DNA from: an uncultured Candidatus Saccharibacteria bacterium | GTDB lineage: Bacteria; Patescibacteriota; Dojkabacteria; SC72 | NCBI GenBank assembly: GCA_964610125.1 | Contig: CAZSUV010000001.1 | Span: 45,599-109,598, forward strand | Reading direction: 5' to 3' | Length of the DNA: 64,000 nucleotides | Shown: positions 1 through 9,635 of the stretch, piece by piece | Position numbering within the stretch: the first letter of the stretch is position 1 | Layout: each line of letters starts with the position of its first letter | Position numbers and translations under genes: made by a program | The notes under the pieces: generated by a model | Seen by the model: only the letters and a program-made list of their open reading frames with translations | Told to the model about the DNA's origin: nothing | The model's database searches: none

Positions 1-801
1 AATGTTACAGCTGGAGAAGAAGGCTGTTCTGAAACAAGTTGTACCGTAACATCTACCTTTAGTCCAGCAGATCCTGGAACTTTTTATATTTATACATATA
101 CAGGCTATCATGCTGGAACTGAAAACTGGGGTTGTGATTCTCTTCCAACTAATGGTTATGCAGACTGTCAAAACTCAAGTAATAAATATATAACCTTCGT
201 AGTTTCAGCAGCACCTACTAAGCCAGTAGTAGAATCGATTACAGGTCCTACCACAGGAATAGTAGGCCAACCATATAGCTTTTCTACCGTTGTTTCTTCA
301 ATTACCGGTGTAGAAATCTCAAGCATTCGTCTTGCTCAAACCAATAATGCCTTAACTCCTAATAATGCAACTAACTTAGCTTTCAAAACTGCAGGTGTAG
401 ATAGCAACTGTACTAGTTATCTTTGTACCGCAACAGGTAGCTTCACACCTAGCGTAGCAGGAACCTACTATATATTTACATTCTCTCATTACAATAATGT
501 AGATTGTGATACCCATCTTTCGACTATTCCTCTTTACACGTGTTTTAATTCTGCTGGAAAATACATAACTTTTGTTGTTAAGACAGAGGCTGAAGCACAA
601 AATGATGAAGAAGGTACAAGCAATGAAGAATTACCATCAACAGGACTATTTTTTAATCAAACAAGAAACATATTGGTTGGCTTAGGATTTATATCTTTGG
701 GAATATTTATAACGCCAGCTTCTCAAATAACGAGGATTCTGAACTTCTTAAATAAAAGTAGAGCAGGTAGTCGAAGATCAAAGTTTGAAAAGAAATTCTA
801 G
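1..801 (+). CDS. 5'-truncated Cys-containing Ig/PKD-like repeat surface protein with LPSTG sorting signal (paralog of 887..1924)
   Basis: Frame +1 is open from base 1 to TAG at 799-801. It translates as ...GCSETSCTVTSTF...WGCDSLPTNGYADCQNSSNKYITFV...ELPSTGLFFNQTRNILVGLGFISLGIFI...RRSKFEKKF. It is absent from the ORF track because the start lies outside the window. Confidence 0.85.
   Translation, partial: NVTAGEEGCSETSCTVTSTFSPADPGTFYIYTYTGYHAGTENWGCDSLPTNGYADCQNSSNKYITFVVSAAPTKPVVESITGPTTGIVGQPYSFSTVVSSITGVEISSIRLAQTNNALTPNNATNLAFKTAGVDSNCTSYLCTATGSFTPSVAGTYYIFTFSHYNNVDCDTHLSTIPLYTCFNSAGKYITFVVKTEAEAQNDEEGTSNEELPSTGLFFNQTRNILVGLGFISLGIFITPASQITRILNFLNKSRAGSRRSKFEKKF
204..652 (+). repeat. 449-bp perfect direct repeat, copy 1
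   Basis: Identical by eye to 1324..1772 (offset 1120). First mismatches are at 203/1323 and 653/1773, and similarity decays over about 60 bp further. Confidence 0.9.
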
Positions 802-886
802 CCTTTAATCATCGGTACTTCTATCTTGCAGTATATATTCAGTTGATATATTCTATTATGTAGTCTAACTTACATGCCTAAATAAA

Positions 887-1924
887 ATGTCCATTAGATA
901 TAAGGGAATCTTATTCATAGTAGCCTTTTTATTCTTGTTTTTTGTAAAACCATACTCATCATATGCGGATGCGTTGACCCATCCACCTGTGGTTACATCA
1001 TTAACAGGTCCTAATGTTGGGTATTATGGTCAAACATATGATTTCACAGTTTCTGCTACATCTGGTAGTGGTTATACAATTACAGCATTATATTTGCAAA
1101 ATGATGGTGATACTATCGCAAGTAAAACAGTTGGGGATAGTGGCTGTACAGGCACAAGTTGCTCATTTACGGGAAGCTTCACTGCGCCTGTTATTGGTAC
1201 TTCTCATATTCATGCTGCGGTTGGTTATACAAATGGTTCTGATTCAAATACATGTAATTCGTATTCAGGAGATGCAACTACCGATTGTCAGAATTCTGGA
1301 AACAAGTATATTACCTTTGTAGCTTCAGCAGCACCTACTAAGCCAGTAGTAGAATCGATTACAGGTCCTACCACAGGAATAGTAGGCCAACCATATAGCT
1401 TTTCTACCGTTGTTTCTTCAATTACCGGTGTAGAAATCTCAAGCATTCGTCTTGCTCAAACCAATAATGCCTTAACTCCTAATAATGCAACTAACTTAGC
1501 TTTCAAAACTGCAGGTGTAGATAGCAACTGTACTAGTTATCTTTGTACCGCAACAGGTAGCTTCACACCTAGCGTAGCAGGAACCTACTATATATTTACA
1601 TTCTCTCATTACAATAATGTAGATTGTGATACCCATCTTTCGACTATTCCTCTTTACACGTGTTTTAATTCTGCTGGAAAATACATAACTTTTGTTGTTA
1701 AGACAGAGGCTGAAGCACAAAATGATGAAGAAGGTACAAGCAATGAAGAATTACCATCAACAGGACTATTTTCTAATCAGACAAGAAACATATTGGTTGG
1801 CTTAGGGTTTATATCTTTAGGAATATTAACGACCCAAACGACAAGAATAATGAATATACTTGGATTATCTAATGAAAAGAAAACGGCAAAACGAAGATCA
1901 AAATTAGAAAAAAGGTATAAATAA
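887..1924 (+). CDS. Secreted surface protein with two ~120-aa 4-Cys Ig/PKD-like repeats, LPSTG motif, TM helix and basic tail
   Basis: Signal peptide ends ...SSYA. Two repeats of form PVVxSxTGP...C-x4-C...C...C-xNSxxKYITFV. ELPSTG is followed by a hydrophobic stretch and KRRSKLEKRYK. Confidence 0.85.
   Translation: MSIRYKGILFIVAFLFLFFVKPYSSYADALTHPPVVTSLTGPNVGYYGQTYDFTVSATSGSGYTITALYLQNDGDTIASKTVGDSGCTGTSCSFTGSFTAPVIGTSHIHAAVGYTNGSDSNTCNSYSGDATTDCQNSGNKYITFVASAAPTKPVVESITGPTTGIVGQPYSFSTVVSSITGVEISSIRLAQTNNALTPNNATNLAFKTAGVDSNCTSYLCTATGSFTPSVAGTYYIFTFSHYNNVDCDTHLSTIPLYTCFNSAGKYITFVVKTEAEAQNDEEGTSNEELPSTGLFSNQTRNILVGLGFISLGILTTQTTRIMNILGLSNEKKTAKRRSKLEKRYK
1324..1772 (+). repeat. 449-bp perfect direct repeat, copy 2
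   Basis: Identical to 204..652. Confidence 0.9.
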
Positions 1925-1946
1925 GGTTAGAATTTGGGAGTAGGAT

Positions 1947-2606
1947 TTACCCTTGTATATTTTCAAGAATCGTCTTAACCCTTGGTAATATCTCTGTAGC
2001 CATTTCCATCTTTGTAACTTTACCTTCAGGGTTCATATATTCATGAGTCTTTCTCATATCTGCATCCTTTGATTTGCATAATAGAATTCCTCGACTATTA
2101 TATACAGGATTTCTAAAATCATCTTCTGCACCGGAGGTTGTCTGTTTATTTATTTCATCAAGCAGGAATTTAACTAAATGATCATCATTTTCTAATCCAA
2201 CATTATTCATTTCCCGAATTAATTTATCTACAGCGAATAAAGTTCGAAAAGTAGAAATAGAATATGAGCGTTCGTTGTAGAAGCTTTGTCCCTCTAGAGG
2301 ATCTTCGATTACACCTAGTGTAAATAGTTTGTTTTGCATTAATCGAACATTCTCATCATCCGTAAGTACATAAGAGATACCAATAGGTTTTTCAAAGTTA
2401 GGATATTTGTATATCTTGGTTAAGTCATTTGATAAGTAATGTAGGATTTTATCCCCGTCTATAGCGCAAATACCGCGAACATCTGAAATAAATGATGCAT
2501 ATTTTATCTCTTGCGTGCTTCCATCATAGTACCCTTGCATGAAGTTTTTTTCTGTCTGTGAAGCATCTGTGCTTCCAATATCTGTTGTTCCTGGTTCTGT
2601 AATCAT
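1947..2606 (-). CDS. Hypothetical protein with acidic S/T-rich N-terminus
   Basis: 219-aa ORF preceded by TGATATAAT-N5-ATG. No recognisable family. Confidence 0.7.
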   Translation of the reverse strand: MITEPGTTDIGSTDASQTEKNFMQGYYDGSTQEIKYASFISDVRGICAIDGDKILHYLSNDLTKIYKYPNFEKPIGISYVLTDDENVRLMQNKLFTLGVIEDPLEGQSFYNERSYSISTFRTLFAVDKLIREMNNVGLENDDHLVKFLLDEINKQTTSGAEDDFRNPVYNSRGILLCKSKDADMRKTHEYMNPEGKVTKMEMATEILPRVKTILENIQG

Positions 2607-2623
2607 ATTCGATTATATCACCC

Positions 2624-3148
2624 TTAATACCTAACTTCTTGTGCTAATACTTTCCCCAATATAATCATACCCTTGAATGTCCTAATATTCTCAATCCTTA
2701 AACTATTATTATCCCTAATCAAAACCATATCATTGAGATTAATCTCGCTATTGGGAGAAACATATATAATACCCTTTGTTCCATCTGTGATACCCATATC
2801 CAAAGCAAAAGCCTCTGGATCAATACTCAAAACCCAATCAGGAGCATTGTAAAATAAAAAGGTATTAGATTTATTAAAAACAAAGTTATTAGGAACAGTA
2901 ATGAATAGTGGAATACGGCTGAAATTCATCTTAATACTCCCATCCGTAATATCATTTAGTAAATCAGAAGGAGTAGTATTCAAAGCCTTAGCTAAAGACT
3001 CTAACTGATTTAATGGAGAACTAACCCCACGCTCATACCTTGAAATCATTTCCCAAGTCTTACCAATCTTGTCAGCTAATTGTTGTTGGGTTAGATTTTG
3101 TCTCTCACGATATATCTTAATATTTTCACCGATATAATTGTTGTTCAT
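2624..3148 (-). CDS. XRE-family HTH regulator with degenerate S24/LexA-like C-terminal domain
   Basis: HTH_3 pattern IGENIKIYRERQNLTQQQLADKIG...ISRYERG. The C-terminus has RIPL...FAL...ILGKV but lacks the GDSM catalytic Ser motif. Confidence 0.8.
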   Translation of the reverse strand: MNNNYIGENIKIYRERQNLTQQQLADKIGKTWEMISRYERGVSSPLNQLESLAKALNTTPSDLLNDITDGSIKMNFSRIPLFITVPNNFVFNKSNTFLFYNAPDWVLSIDPEAFALDMGITDGTKGIIYVSPNSEINLNDMVLIRDNNSLRIENIRTFKGMIILGKVLAQEVRY

Positions 3149-3344
3149 ATATATAGAATTGTATTCATAACAAGAAGATTAAAGAATAGAAGAGAAAGTC
3201 TTTTAAAAGAACTAATAAGCCGTATCGTAAGAAAAATGAAAGAAATATATTTAATAATTAAATATGGAAGAATTACAAAAAATAACCAATCTGTATGAAA
3301 AAATTCTAAAAAAGAAGTACATGGCTCAAAGAGACGTCAGGATA

Positions 3345-3818
3345 CTAAAAAAACTTACGAAGCGGATACACGACATGAACCCAATTATCCTTTAACCATT
3401 TATCAGCTAATCTCTGTTCCTCAAGTAAACCTCGTTTTGCCAGTTCTTTGTTGATGATATTTCCTTGATGTGGTTTGTCGAAACGTTTTTCCAATGGAGA
3501 GCTAAACCCATGGGCATAGTGACACAGCTCATGGGCTATAGTCCCTTTGACGACATATTCAGGGACCATTTCGTTTTGAAAATATTTAGTCATAGTTATT
3601 ACTGTCACCCGTTTGTCATCTTGTACTTCGTAATCATCTTGATTCTTTCTTAACAAACTCTTTATCTTTGTATATTCATTTGCAATCTTAATACTACCTA
3701 ATTGACGTTTAGAATATTTACCGAATTTGATTAGGACAAGGTTTTTTCTTGGAATATCGGAGAAATTATCTTCCCACAAATCATACATTAAATTTTCTAA
3801 ATATTTTCTATCTCTCAT
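3345..3818 (-). CDS. SprT-like zinc metalloprotease-domain protein
   Basis: TIAHELCH (HExxH) plus a downstream PHQG motif. Confidence 0.7.
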   Translation of the reverse strand: MRDRKYLENLMYDLWEDNFSDIPRKNLVLIKFGKYSKRQLGSIKIANEYTKIKSLLRKNQDDYEVQDDKRVTVITMTKYFQNEMVPEYVVKGTIAHELCHYAHGFSSPLEKRFDKPHQGNIINKELAKRGLLEEQRLADKWLKDNWVHVVYPLRKFF

Positions 3819-3832
3819 GCTATTATATTAAA
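3818..3832. promoter_or_regulatory. Overlapping divergent -10 elements between two leaderless ATGs
   Basis: + strand: TG-C-TATTAT-N6-ATG(3833). - strand: TAATAT-N6-ATG(3818). The intergenic gap is only 14 bp. Confidence 0.55.
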
Positions 3833-5638
3833 ATGATTTTACAAAATTACAAGAAAAAAATCCTTACCTTGCTCAATGTTCTTAAGTTCATATATGGACG
3901 ATATACAGTTACAGCGGTAACCAGAGATATCCTTTTTGTAATAGGTACTGCATCTGAAGTATACAGCATTACCATAGTTGGCAAATTCATTGATGAGGTT
4001 GCAAAGATACTCTTAGATTGGAATCAGTTTGATATATCTCAATTTTTCCAAACTCAAGCTTTCATTCATCTCGTTACAATCCTCATACTTTGGTCCATAT
4101 TACAAGCATGTAATCAAGCAAAACAGCATCTTTACAATGTAATATATGAAAGAGTGTGGGAAGATGCCAGATATATGATGGTGGCAAAAGTCTCGCAATC
4201 TAATCTTCAGGATGTTGAACAAGAAAAATTCCAAGATTTGCTTACATATGCCCCAGCATATTCCATAGATCGAATAATCCAAACATACAACAGTTTTGCA
4301 GGAATAATGAGCAGCATGGTTAGATTTGTAAGTGCGGGATTAATCATATTTGAAACAATGAGCTGGTCTGTTTTAGTACTTATATTGTTTGTATTACCAG
4401 AGATAGTCATTGTACACATTCGCAGAAAGAAGATTCGTGGATATCAGGATGAAAAAGTTGGGAAACTTAAATTCCTTAACTATTTACTTAATGTGACTTT
4501 AACAATCGCAAATTTCTCAGAATTAAGAGTAAATGATACATTCGCATACACTAAGCGAAGATACCAAGAGGAATATGATCAATTCTTATATGGATATTTA
4601 AAAACAGATTCGAAGCTTTACAGAGACAGGACGAGCTTCTCAATCATTGGGCAAGCACTCAAATTTATATATGTCATCTACGTCCTTTCCTTCTCCATCA
4701 TAAAGAAGTTAAGCTTAGGTACTTTTAAAGCTTTGTATGACTATGTAGATATGACATATTCAAGTGCTTACACGGTATTTGATTCCATCACTTACATTTC
4801 TTCATTACTGGGGTATGATGAAAAGTTCTTTGACCTAATGGACTACGAAGGCTTTGGAGATCATGCCCATGGTGAAAAGAAATTAAAAAAGGGTACTCCA
4901 ACTATTGAGCTTAAGAATCTTAGCTTTTCATACCCAGATGATCCTAAGACAATGGTTTTGAAACATATCGATATTGAGATTAAACCAGGAGAGAAAATAG
5001 CATTCTTTGGTAGTGATGGATCAGGTAAGAGTAGCATGGTTAAGATCTTGGCTGGACTGTATCAGATACAGCTAGGAGAATATCTTGTAGATGGTTATTC
5101 TGTAAAAGATTTGGATAGGGGGGAATTAAAGAAAAAAATAGCTGTAACATTCCAAGATTTCATTAATTACAATTTTAGTTTAAGGGAGAATATCGTCATA
5201 TCTGGTGAAAGAAAAAATGTTAACAAACGCTTGTATGACGATGTAGCTAAAGCATCTCAGGTATATGATTTCATGAAGAAAGAGAAACTTGAAGATACCC
5301 ATATCTTAGGTAAGACATTCCCTGGTGGAAAAGACCTCTCTCCGGGATATTGGCAAAGATTGGCTATTGCTAGAATGCTTTACCGAAATAGAAGAATCTT
5401 TGTCATGGATGAATCATTTACATTCATAGATTCAGAGTCTAAAGAAGTAATTTTACATAATATATTGGATTTTGTTGGTTCTGAAAGAACATTAATATAT
5501 ATAACTCGAAGTGTAGAAGACTTGGACCTGTTTGATAGAATATACTTCTTTGAAAACGGTAAGGTTGTAGAATCTGGTAACTTCAAAGAACTAATGAAGA
5601 AAAAGAAGAAATTCTACAAGATAGCTAAAGAAAGTTAG
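3833..5638 (+). CDS. ABC exporter, fused TMD-NBD, with degenerate NBD motifs
   Basis: N-terminal TM helices, Walker A GSDGSGKS, Q-loop FQDF, signature LSPGYWQR, Walker B IFVMDE. Start moved to ATG 3833 because the TTG at 3749 overlaps the divergent gene. Confidence 0.88.
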   Translation: MILQNYKKKILTLLNVLKFIYGRYTVTAVTRDILFVIGTASEVYSITIVGKFIDEVAKILLDWNQFDISQFFQTQAFIHLVTILILWSILQACNQAKQHLYNVIYERVWEDARYMMVAKVSQSNLQDVEQEKFQDLLTYAPAYSIDRIIQTYNSFAGIMSSMVRFVSAGLIIFETMSWSVLVLILFVLPEIVIVHIRRKKIRGYQDEKVGKLKFLNYLLNVTLTIANFSELRVNDTFAYTKRRYQEEYDQFLYGYLKTDSKLYRDRTSFSIIGQALKFIYVIYVLSFSIIKKLSLGTFKALYDYVDMTYSSAYTVFDSITYISSLLGYDEKFFDLMDYEGFGDHAHGEKKLKKGTPTIELKNLSFSYPDDPKTMVLKHIDIEIKPGEKIAFFGSDGSGKSSMVKILAGLYQIQLGEYLVDGYSVKDLDRGELKKKIAVTFQDFINYNFSLRENIVISGERKNVNKRLYDDVAKASQVYDFMKKEKLEDTHILGKTFPGGKDLSPGYWQRLAIARMLYRNRRIFVMDESFTFIDSESKEVILHNILDFVGSERTLIYITRSVEDLDLFDRIYFFENGKVVESGNFKELMKKKKKFYKIAKES

Positions 5639-5679
5639 CCTGTATACATTGCCTATGCACAGAGTGTAAAATAGACGCT

Positions 5680-6549
5680 ATGGAACTCTTAAACGGCAAA
5701 TTACTCTCACAAAATATATTAGATGATATCTCTCAAGAAATTGCAGATATTAAACGTAAAGGGGGAAAGACTCCTAGGTTAGATATGATATTGGTTGGGG
5801 ATGATTTCGGAAGTATTAAGTATGTTCAGATGAAAGAGAAAGCTGCTAGAGATATTGGGATAGAGAGTGTAATTCACAGAATGGACAACAGTGTAAATAC
5901 TTTGGATATCATAAACCTCATAGACTCCCTAGACAAAGACCTTAATGTAGATGGATATATGGTTCAGTTACCATTGCCTGATAATATAAATACAAATTTA
6001 GTATTAGATGCAATAGATTCAAGAAAGGATGTTGATGGGCTTTCACCAGTAAATTTAGGAAAACTTTTTCAAAAAGATTCTTCAGCAATTGCTCCAGCTA
6101 CACCTTTGGGAATAATGAAGCTATTAGAAGAATACAATATTAAGCTCTTTGGAAAACATGTTGTAATCTTAGGTGCTAGTACTATTGTTGGAATACCTCT
6201 AGAGGCGATGCTACTTGAAAAGAATGCTACTGTAACAATTTGCAATATCCATACTGTAGATATTGAAGAGATGGCTCAACAGGCAGATATATTAATTTCT
6301 GCAACTGGTAAACCATTGCTTGTTAAAAAAAATTTCCTTAAACCCGGAGTTGTGGTTATAGATGTTGGTTCAAGCAAACATCCTGAAACAGGTAAGATAG
6401 TAGGGGATGTGGATTGGGAATCTATTCAAGGTATTCCTTCATATATCACTCCTGTTCCTGGTGGTGTTGGTCCTATGACGATAGCCTCACTCATGCTTAA
6501 TTTAATGACCTGCTACAAGAAAAATGATAAAAGATTTAGAAATATATAA
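5680..6549 (+). CDS. folD: Bifunctional methylenetetrahydrofolate dehydrogenase/cyclohydrolase
   Basis: Motifs YVxMK, VQLPLP, KDVDG and TPVPGGVGPMT. Confidence 0.96.
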   Translation: MELLNGKLLSQNILDDISQEIADIKRKGGKTPRLDMILVGDDFGSIKYVQMKEKAARDIGIESVIHRMDNSVNTLDIINLIDSLDKDLNVDGYMVQLPLPDNINTNLVLDAIDSRKDVDGLSPVNLGKLFQKDSSAIAPATPLGIMKLLEEYNIKLFGKHVVILGASTIVGIPLEAMLLEKNATVTICNIHTVDIEEMAQQADILISATGKPLLVKKNFLKPGVVVIDVGSSKHPETGKIVGDVDWESIQGIPSYITPVPGGVGPMTIASLMLNLMTCYKKNDKRFRNI

Positions 6550-7756
6550 CAGTATTCAGTCTGAAGCACTTAGACAGAAAGAAGGATTAGAATTAATAGC
6601 TTCTGAGAACTATGTTAGTGGAGATGTCCTTGAAGCTTTAGGCTCTATATTAACCAATAAATATTCGGAAGGTTACCCAGACAAACGTTACTATGGTGGA
6701 AATAAATATATTGACGAAATAGAGAAAGAGGCAATTTCAAGAGCTAAGAAACTATTCGGAGCTGAGCATGTTAATGTTCAACCATATTCTGGATCTCCTG
6801 CAAATCAGGCAGTACATTTTGCATTACTACAACCGGGTGATAAAACAATGGGAATGGCTTTAGATGCGGGTGGACATTTAACTCATGGATTTAAAGTTTC
6901 ATTTTCGGGGAAATATTACAATTCAGTAAGTTATGGTGTAGATGAAAATGGATATATTAGCTATGAGGAGGTTAGGGAATTAGCTCTAGAACACCAACCT
7001 AAGCTCATATGGGCAGGATTCTCAGCATATTCTAGAATTATAGATTGGAAAAAATTTAGAGATATTGCTGATGAAGTTGGAGCATACTTAGCCACAGATA
7101 TTTCTCATGTTGCTGGTCTTGTTGTTTCTGGTCTTTACCCATCTCCCGTTGGTATTGCAGATGTTGTAACTACCACAACGCATAAAACATTGAGAGGCCC
7201 AAGAGGAGCCATAATTATGTGCAAAGAATCACTTGGAGAGCAGATAGACAAAGCTGTGTTCCCAGGGCTTCAGGGAGGCCCACACAACCATGTCACCGCC
7301 GCCATGGCAGTTGCATTTAACGAAGCTTCTACAACAGAGTTCAAACAATATGCTAAGCAAATAATTGTAAATGCAAAAACGTTGTCTGAATCATTAAAAA
7401 GACTGGGTTATGTAATAGTTTCAGGCGGAACCGACAATCATCTCTTTCTAGTAGATACTGTAAAAAGTGTAAATCTATCAGGAAATGAAGCTTCAGACAT
7501 TTTAGAAAAAGCAAATATAACTGTTAACAAAAATACCGTACCCAAAGATACAAGAAAACCATGGAATCCATCAGGTATTAGAATTGGAACACCAGCATTA
7601 ACAACTAGAGGAATGAAAGAAGGAGAAATGGAAATAGTAGCTCAGTACATAGATAGGGCATTAAAGGGTCCAAGTGATGATAATTTAGAAAAAATTAAGT
7701 TAGAGGTAAAAGAATTTACAAAAAATTACCCAATACCAGGAATAGATAAAATTTAA
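6524..7756 (+). CDS. glyA: Serine hydroxymethyltransferase
   Basis: Motifs LIASENY, NKYSEGYP, TTTTHKTLRGPRG and SGIRIGT. Confidence 0.98.
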   Translation: MIKDLEIYNSIQSEALRQKEGLELIASENYVSGDVLEALGSILTNKYSEGYPDKRYYGGNKYIDEIEKEAISRAKKLFGAEHVNVQPYSGSPANQAVHFALLQPGDKTMGMALDAGGHLTHGFKVSFSGKYYNSVSYGVDENGYISYEEVRELALEHQPKLIWAGFSAYSRIIDWKKFRDIADEVGAYLATDISHVAGLVVSGLYPSPVGIADVVTTTTHKTLRGPRGAIIMCKESLGEQIDKAVFPGLQGGPHNHVTAAMAVAFNEASTTEFKQYAKQIIVNAKTLSESLKRLGYVIVSGGTDNHLFLVDTVKSVNLSGNEASDILEKANITVNKNTVPKDTRKPWNPSGIRIGTPALTTRGMKEGEMEIVAQYIDRALKGPSDDNLEKIKLEVKEFTKNYPIPGIDKI

Positions 7757-7767
7757 ACATTCTAGAC

Positions 7768-8343
7768 ATGATACTCTCAGACAAGACCATAAAGGAGAAA
7801 TTAAAAACAGGTGAACTAACGATTGAACCATTCGATGAAAAATATCTTCAACCAGCCTCATATGATTTGCATTTAGATAGCCATTTCTTAATTTTTAACA
7901 AAAAGAAAGATTTCATCATAGATGTTAAGCAACCAATCGAAGACCTCATGCAAAGTGTAGAAGTAGATGAGGAAGAAGGATATATCCTTCACCCAGGAGA
8001 ATTTGTTCTAGCCAATGTAAAAGAAGTGACAGGAGTTGATGGAAAACATATTGCGAGATTAGAAGGGAAGAGTTCATTAGGAAGATTAGGGTTAGCAATT
8101 CATGTTACTGCAGGATTCCTAGATCCTGGAAATAGTCTTAGGCTTACATTACATATGATTAATCTCTCTCCATTACCAATTAAAATATATCCAGGGATGA
8201 AAATAGCACAAATCATATTTGAACTCTTAGATCAGGAATGTGAAAGGAAATATGGTAGTGATGGATTAGGGAACAAATATGTGGGAACAATGACTGTGAA
8301 GGGAAGTGAATATTGGAAAAACTTTAAAAATGGATTAATGTAG
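7768..8343 (+). CDS. dcd: dCTP deaminase
   Basis: Motifs MILSD, QPASYDLHL, EGKSSLGRLG and AGFLDPG. Confidence 0.93.
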   Translation: MILSDKTIKEKLKTGELTIEPFDEKYLQPASYDLHLDSHFLIFNKKKDFIIDVKQPIEDLMQSVEVDEEEGYILHPGEFVLANVKEVTGVDGKHIARLEGKSSLGRLGLAIHVTAGFLDPGNSLRLTLHMINLSPLPIKIYPGMKIAQIIFELLDQECERKYGSDGLGNKYVGTMTVKGSEYWKNFKNGLM

Positions 8344-8354
8344 TATAATTGGTG

Positions 8355-9635
8355 ATGAACAACACAATCCGAGATCAATTTCCAATACTTAAAACCAAGA
8401 TCAATGGCAATCCAATTGTATATCTGGATAACGCGGCTACTACTCAAAAGCCTCAATTTGTACTTGATGCTATCAATGATTACTATACTAAGTACAATGC
8501 AAATATCCATAGAAGTTCCCATGCATTAGCAAAAGAAGCTACTGAGAGATGGAAGAATGCACATCAAATAGTGGCAGATTTCTTGAATGCAGATAGCTAC
8601 AAGGAAATTGTGTTTACCAGAAATACAACGGAAGGATTAAATCTTTTGGTTAATACATATGGAAAAGCAAATCTCTCTAAAGGGGATATTGTCATAATCT
8701 CTGAGATGGAACATCACAGTAATATTGTTCCATGGATGATTTTACAAAAAGAGATTGGTTTTGAAATTAGATATATTCCTGTAAATGAGAATTTTGATCT
8801 AGATATGAATTGGTTAGAGGAAGAAATTAAAAAAGAAGGAGAGAGAATTAAAATTGTTTCTGTTGTACATATTTCTAATGTCCTTGGAACATTAAATCCA
8901 GTTAAAGAAATTGCTGAATTAGCACATAGGGTAGGGGCCTTTGTGATTGTTGATGCTGCTCAAAGTGTCCAGCATGTTAAGGTAGATGTTAAGGATATTG
9001 ATTGTGATGCTTTGGTATTTTCGAGTCATAAGATATATGGACCAACAGGCAATGGTGTTCTGTATTGTAAAGAAAATATTTTAGAAAAACTTCCTCCATA
9101 TATGGGTGGTGGTGAAATGATATTGAGTGTTTCTAAGGATGGATTTGAAATGAATGATTTGCCATGGAGATTTGAAGCGGGCACTCCTGATATTGAAAGT
9201 GGAATAGTTCTTGGAGAAACTATTCAGTGGTTTAAGAAAACGGTAGACGAAATGGGTGGGTTTGAAAAACTCATTGAGCATGAAAGAAGTTTAATGAAAG
9301 AATTGTTTGATTCTTTTGATGGTATTGATTGGTTTAAGCCATTTGGAAAGACAGATTACAATAACCGATATGGTGTTTTAACTTTCAATATTAAAGGTTT
9401 TAGTTTTAAGGGTTGTAAAGACAAAGAAAAGGATAACAAGGAAGGAGATGGAATAGTTGGATATATTAGCAAAAAAGGTATGTGTGTTAGAGAAGGGTTT
9501 CATTGTGCAGAACCGTTGCATGATGCATTTCATGTTGGGCCTACCATGAGAGCAAGCTTTGGAATATACAACAATATAAAAGACGTAAAAGATTTTGCTA
9601 AATCTCTTAAAGAAGCTGTACTTTCAACCTATTAA
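8355..9635 (+). CDS. sufS: SufS/CsdA-family cysteine desulfurase
   Basis: Motifs YLDNAATTQKP, MEHHSN, SSHKIYGP, FEAGTP and REGFHCA. ATG at 8355 follows TATAAT-N5. Confidence 0.92.
   Translation: MNNTIRDQFPILKTKINGNPIVYLDNAATTQKPQFVLDAINDYYTKYNANIHRSSHALAKEATERWKNAHQIVADFLNADSYKEIVFTRNTTEGLNLLVNTYGKANLSKGDIVIISEMEHHSNIVPWMILQKEIGFEIRYIPVNENFDLDMNWLEEEIKKEGERIKIVSVVHISNVLGTLNPVKEIAELAHRVGAFVIVDAAQSVQHVKVDVKDIDCDALVFSSHKIYGPTGNGVLYCKENILEKLPPYMGGGEMILSVSKDGFEMNDLPWRFEAGTPDIESGIVLGETIQWFKKTVDEMGGFEKLIEHERSLMKELFDSFDGIDWFKPFGKTDYNNRYGVLTFNIKGFSFKGCKDKEKDNKEGDGIVGYISKKGMCVREGFHCAEPLHDAFHVGPTMRASFGIYNNIKDVKDFAKSLKEAVLSTY

Noticed and set aside
376-1720. Two identical 74-aa minus-strand ORFs (376..600 and 1496..1720)
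   Set aside because: They are antisense shadows of the duplicated block in the + strand surface-protein genes.
204-1830. Repeat pair as a diversity-generating retroelement TR/VR
   Set aside because: The core is fully identical, flanking mismatches are not adenine-specific, both copies are coding, and there is no reverse transcriptase in the window.
2624-3818. Prophage immunity region (XRE plus metallopeptidase)
   Set aside because: No integrase or phage structural or replication genes nearby. An ImmR/ImmA-like pairing cannot be supported.
3749-3832. ORF-track upstream start extensions (also 38064, 40208 and 45120)
   Set aside because: They use TTG starts that overlap neighbouring genes or promoter and RBS signals. 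The downstream ATGs fit family N-termini and local signals better.
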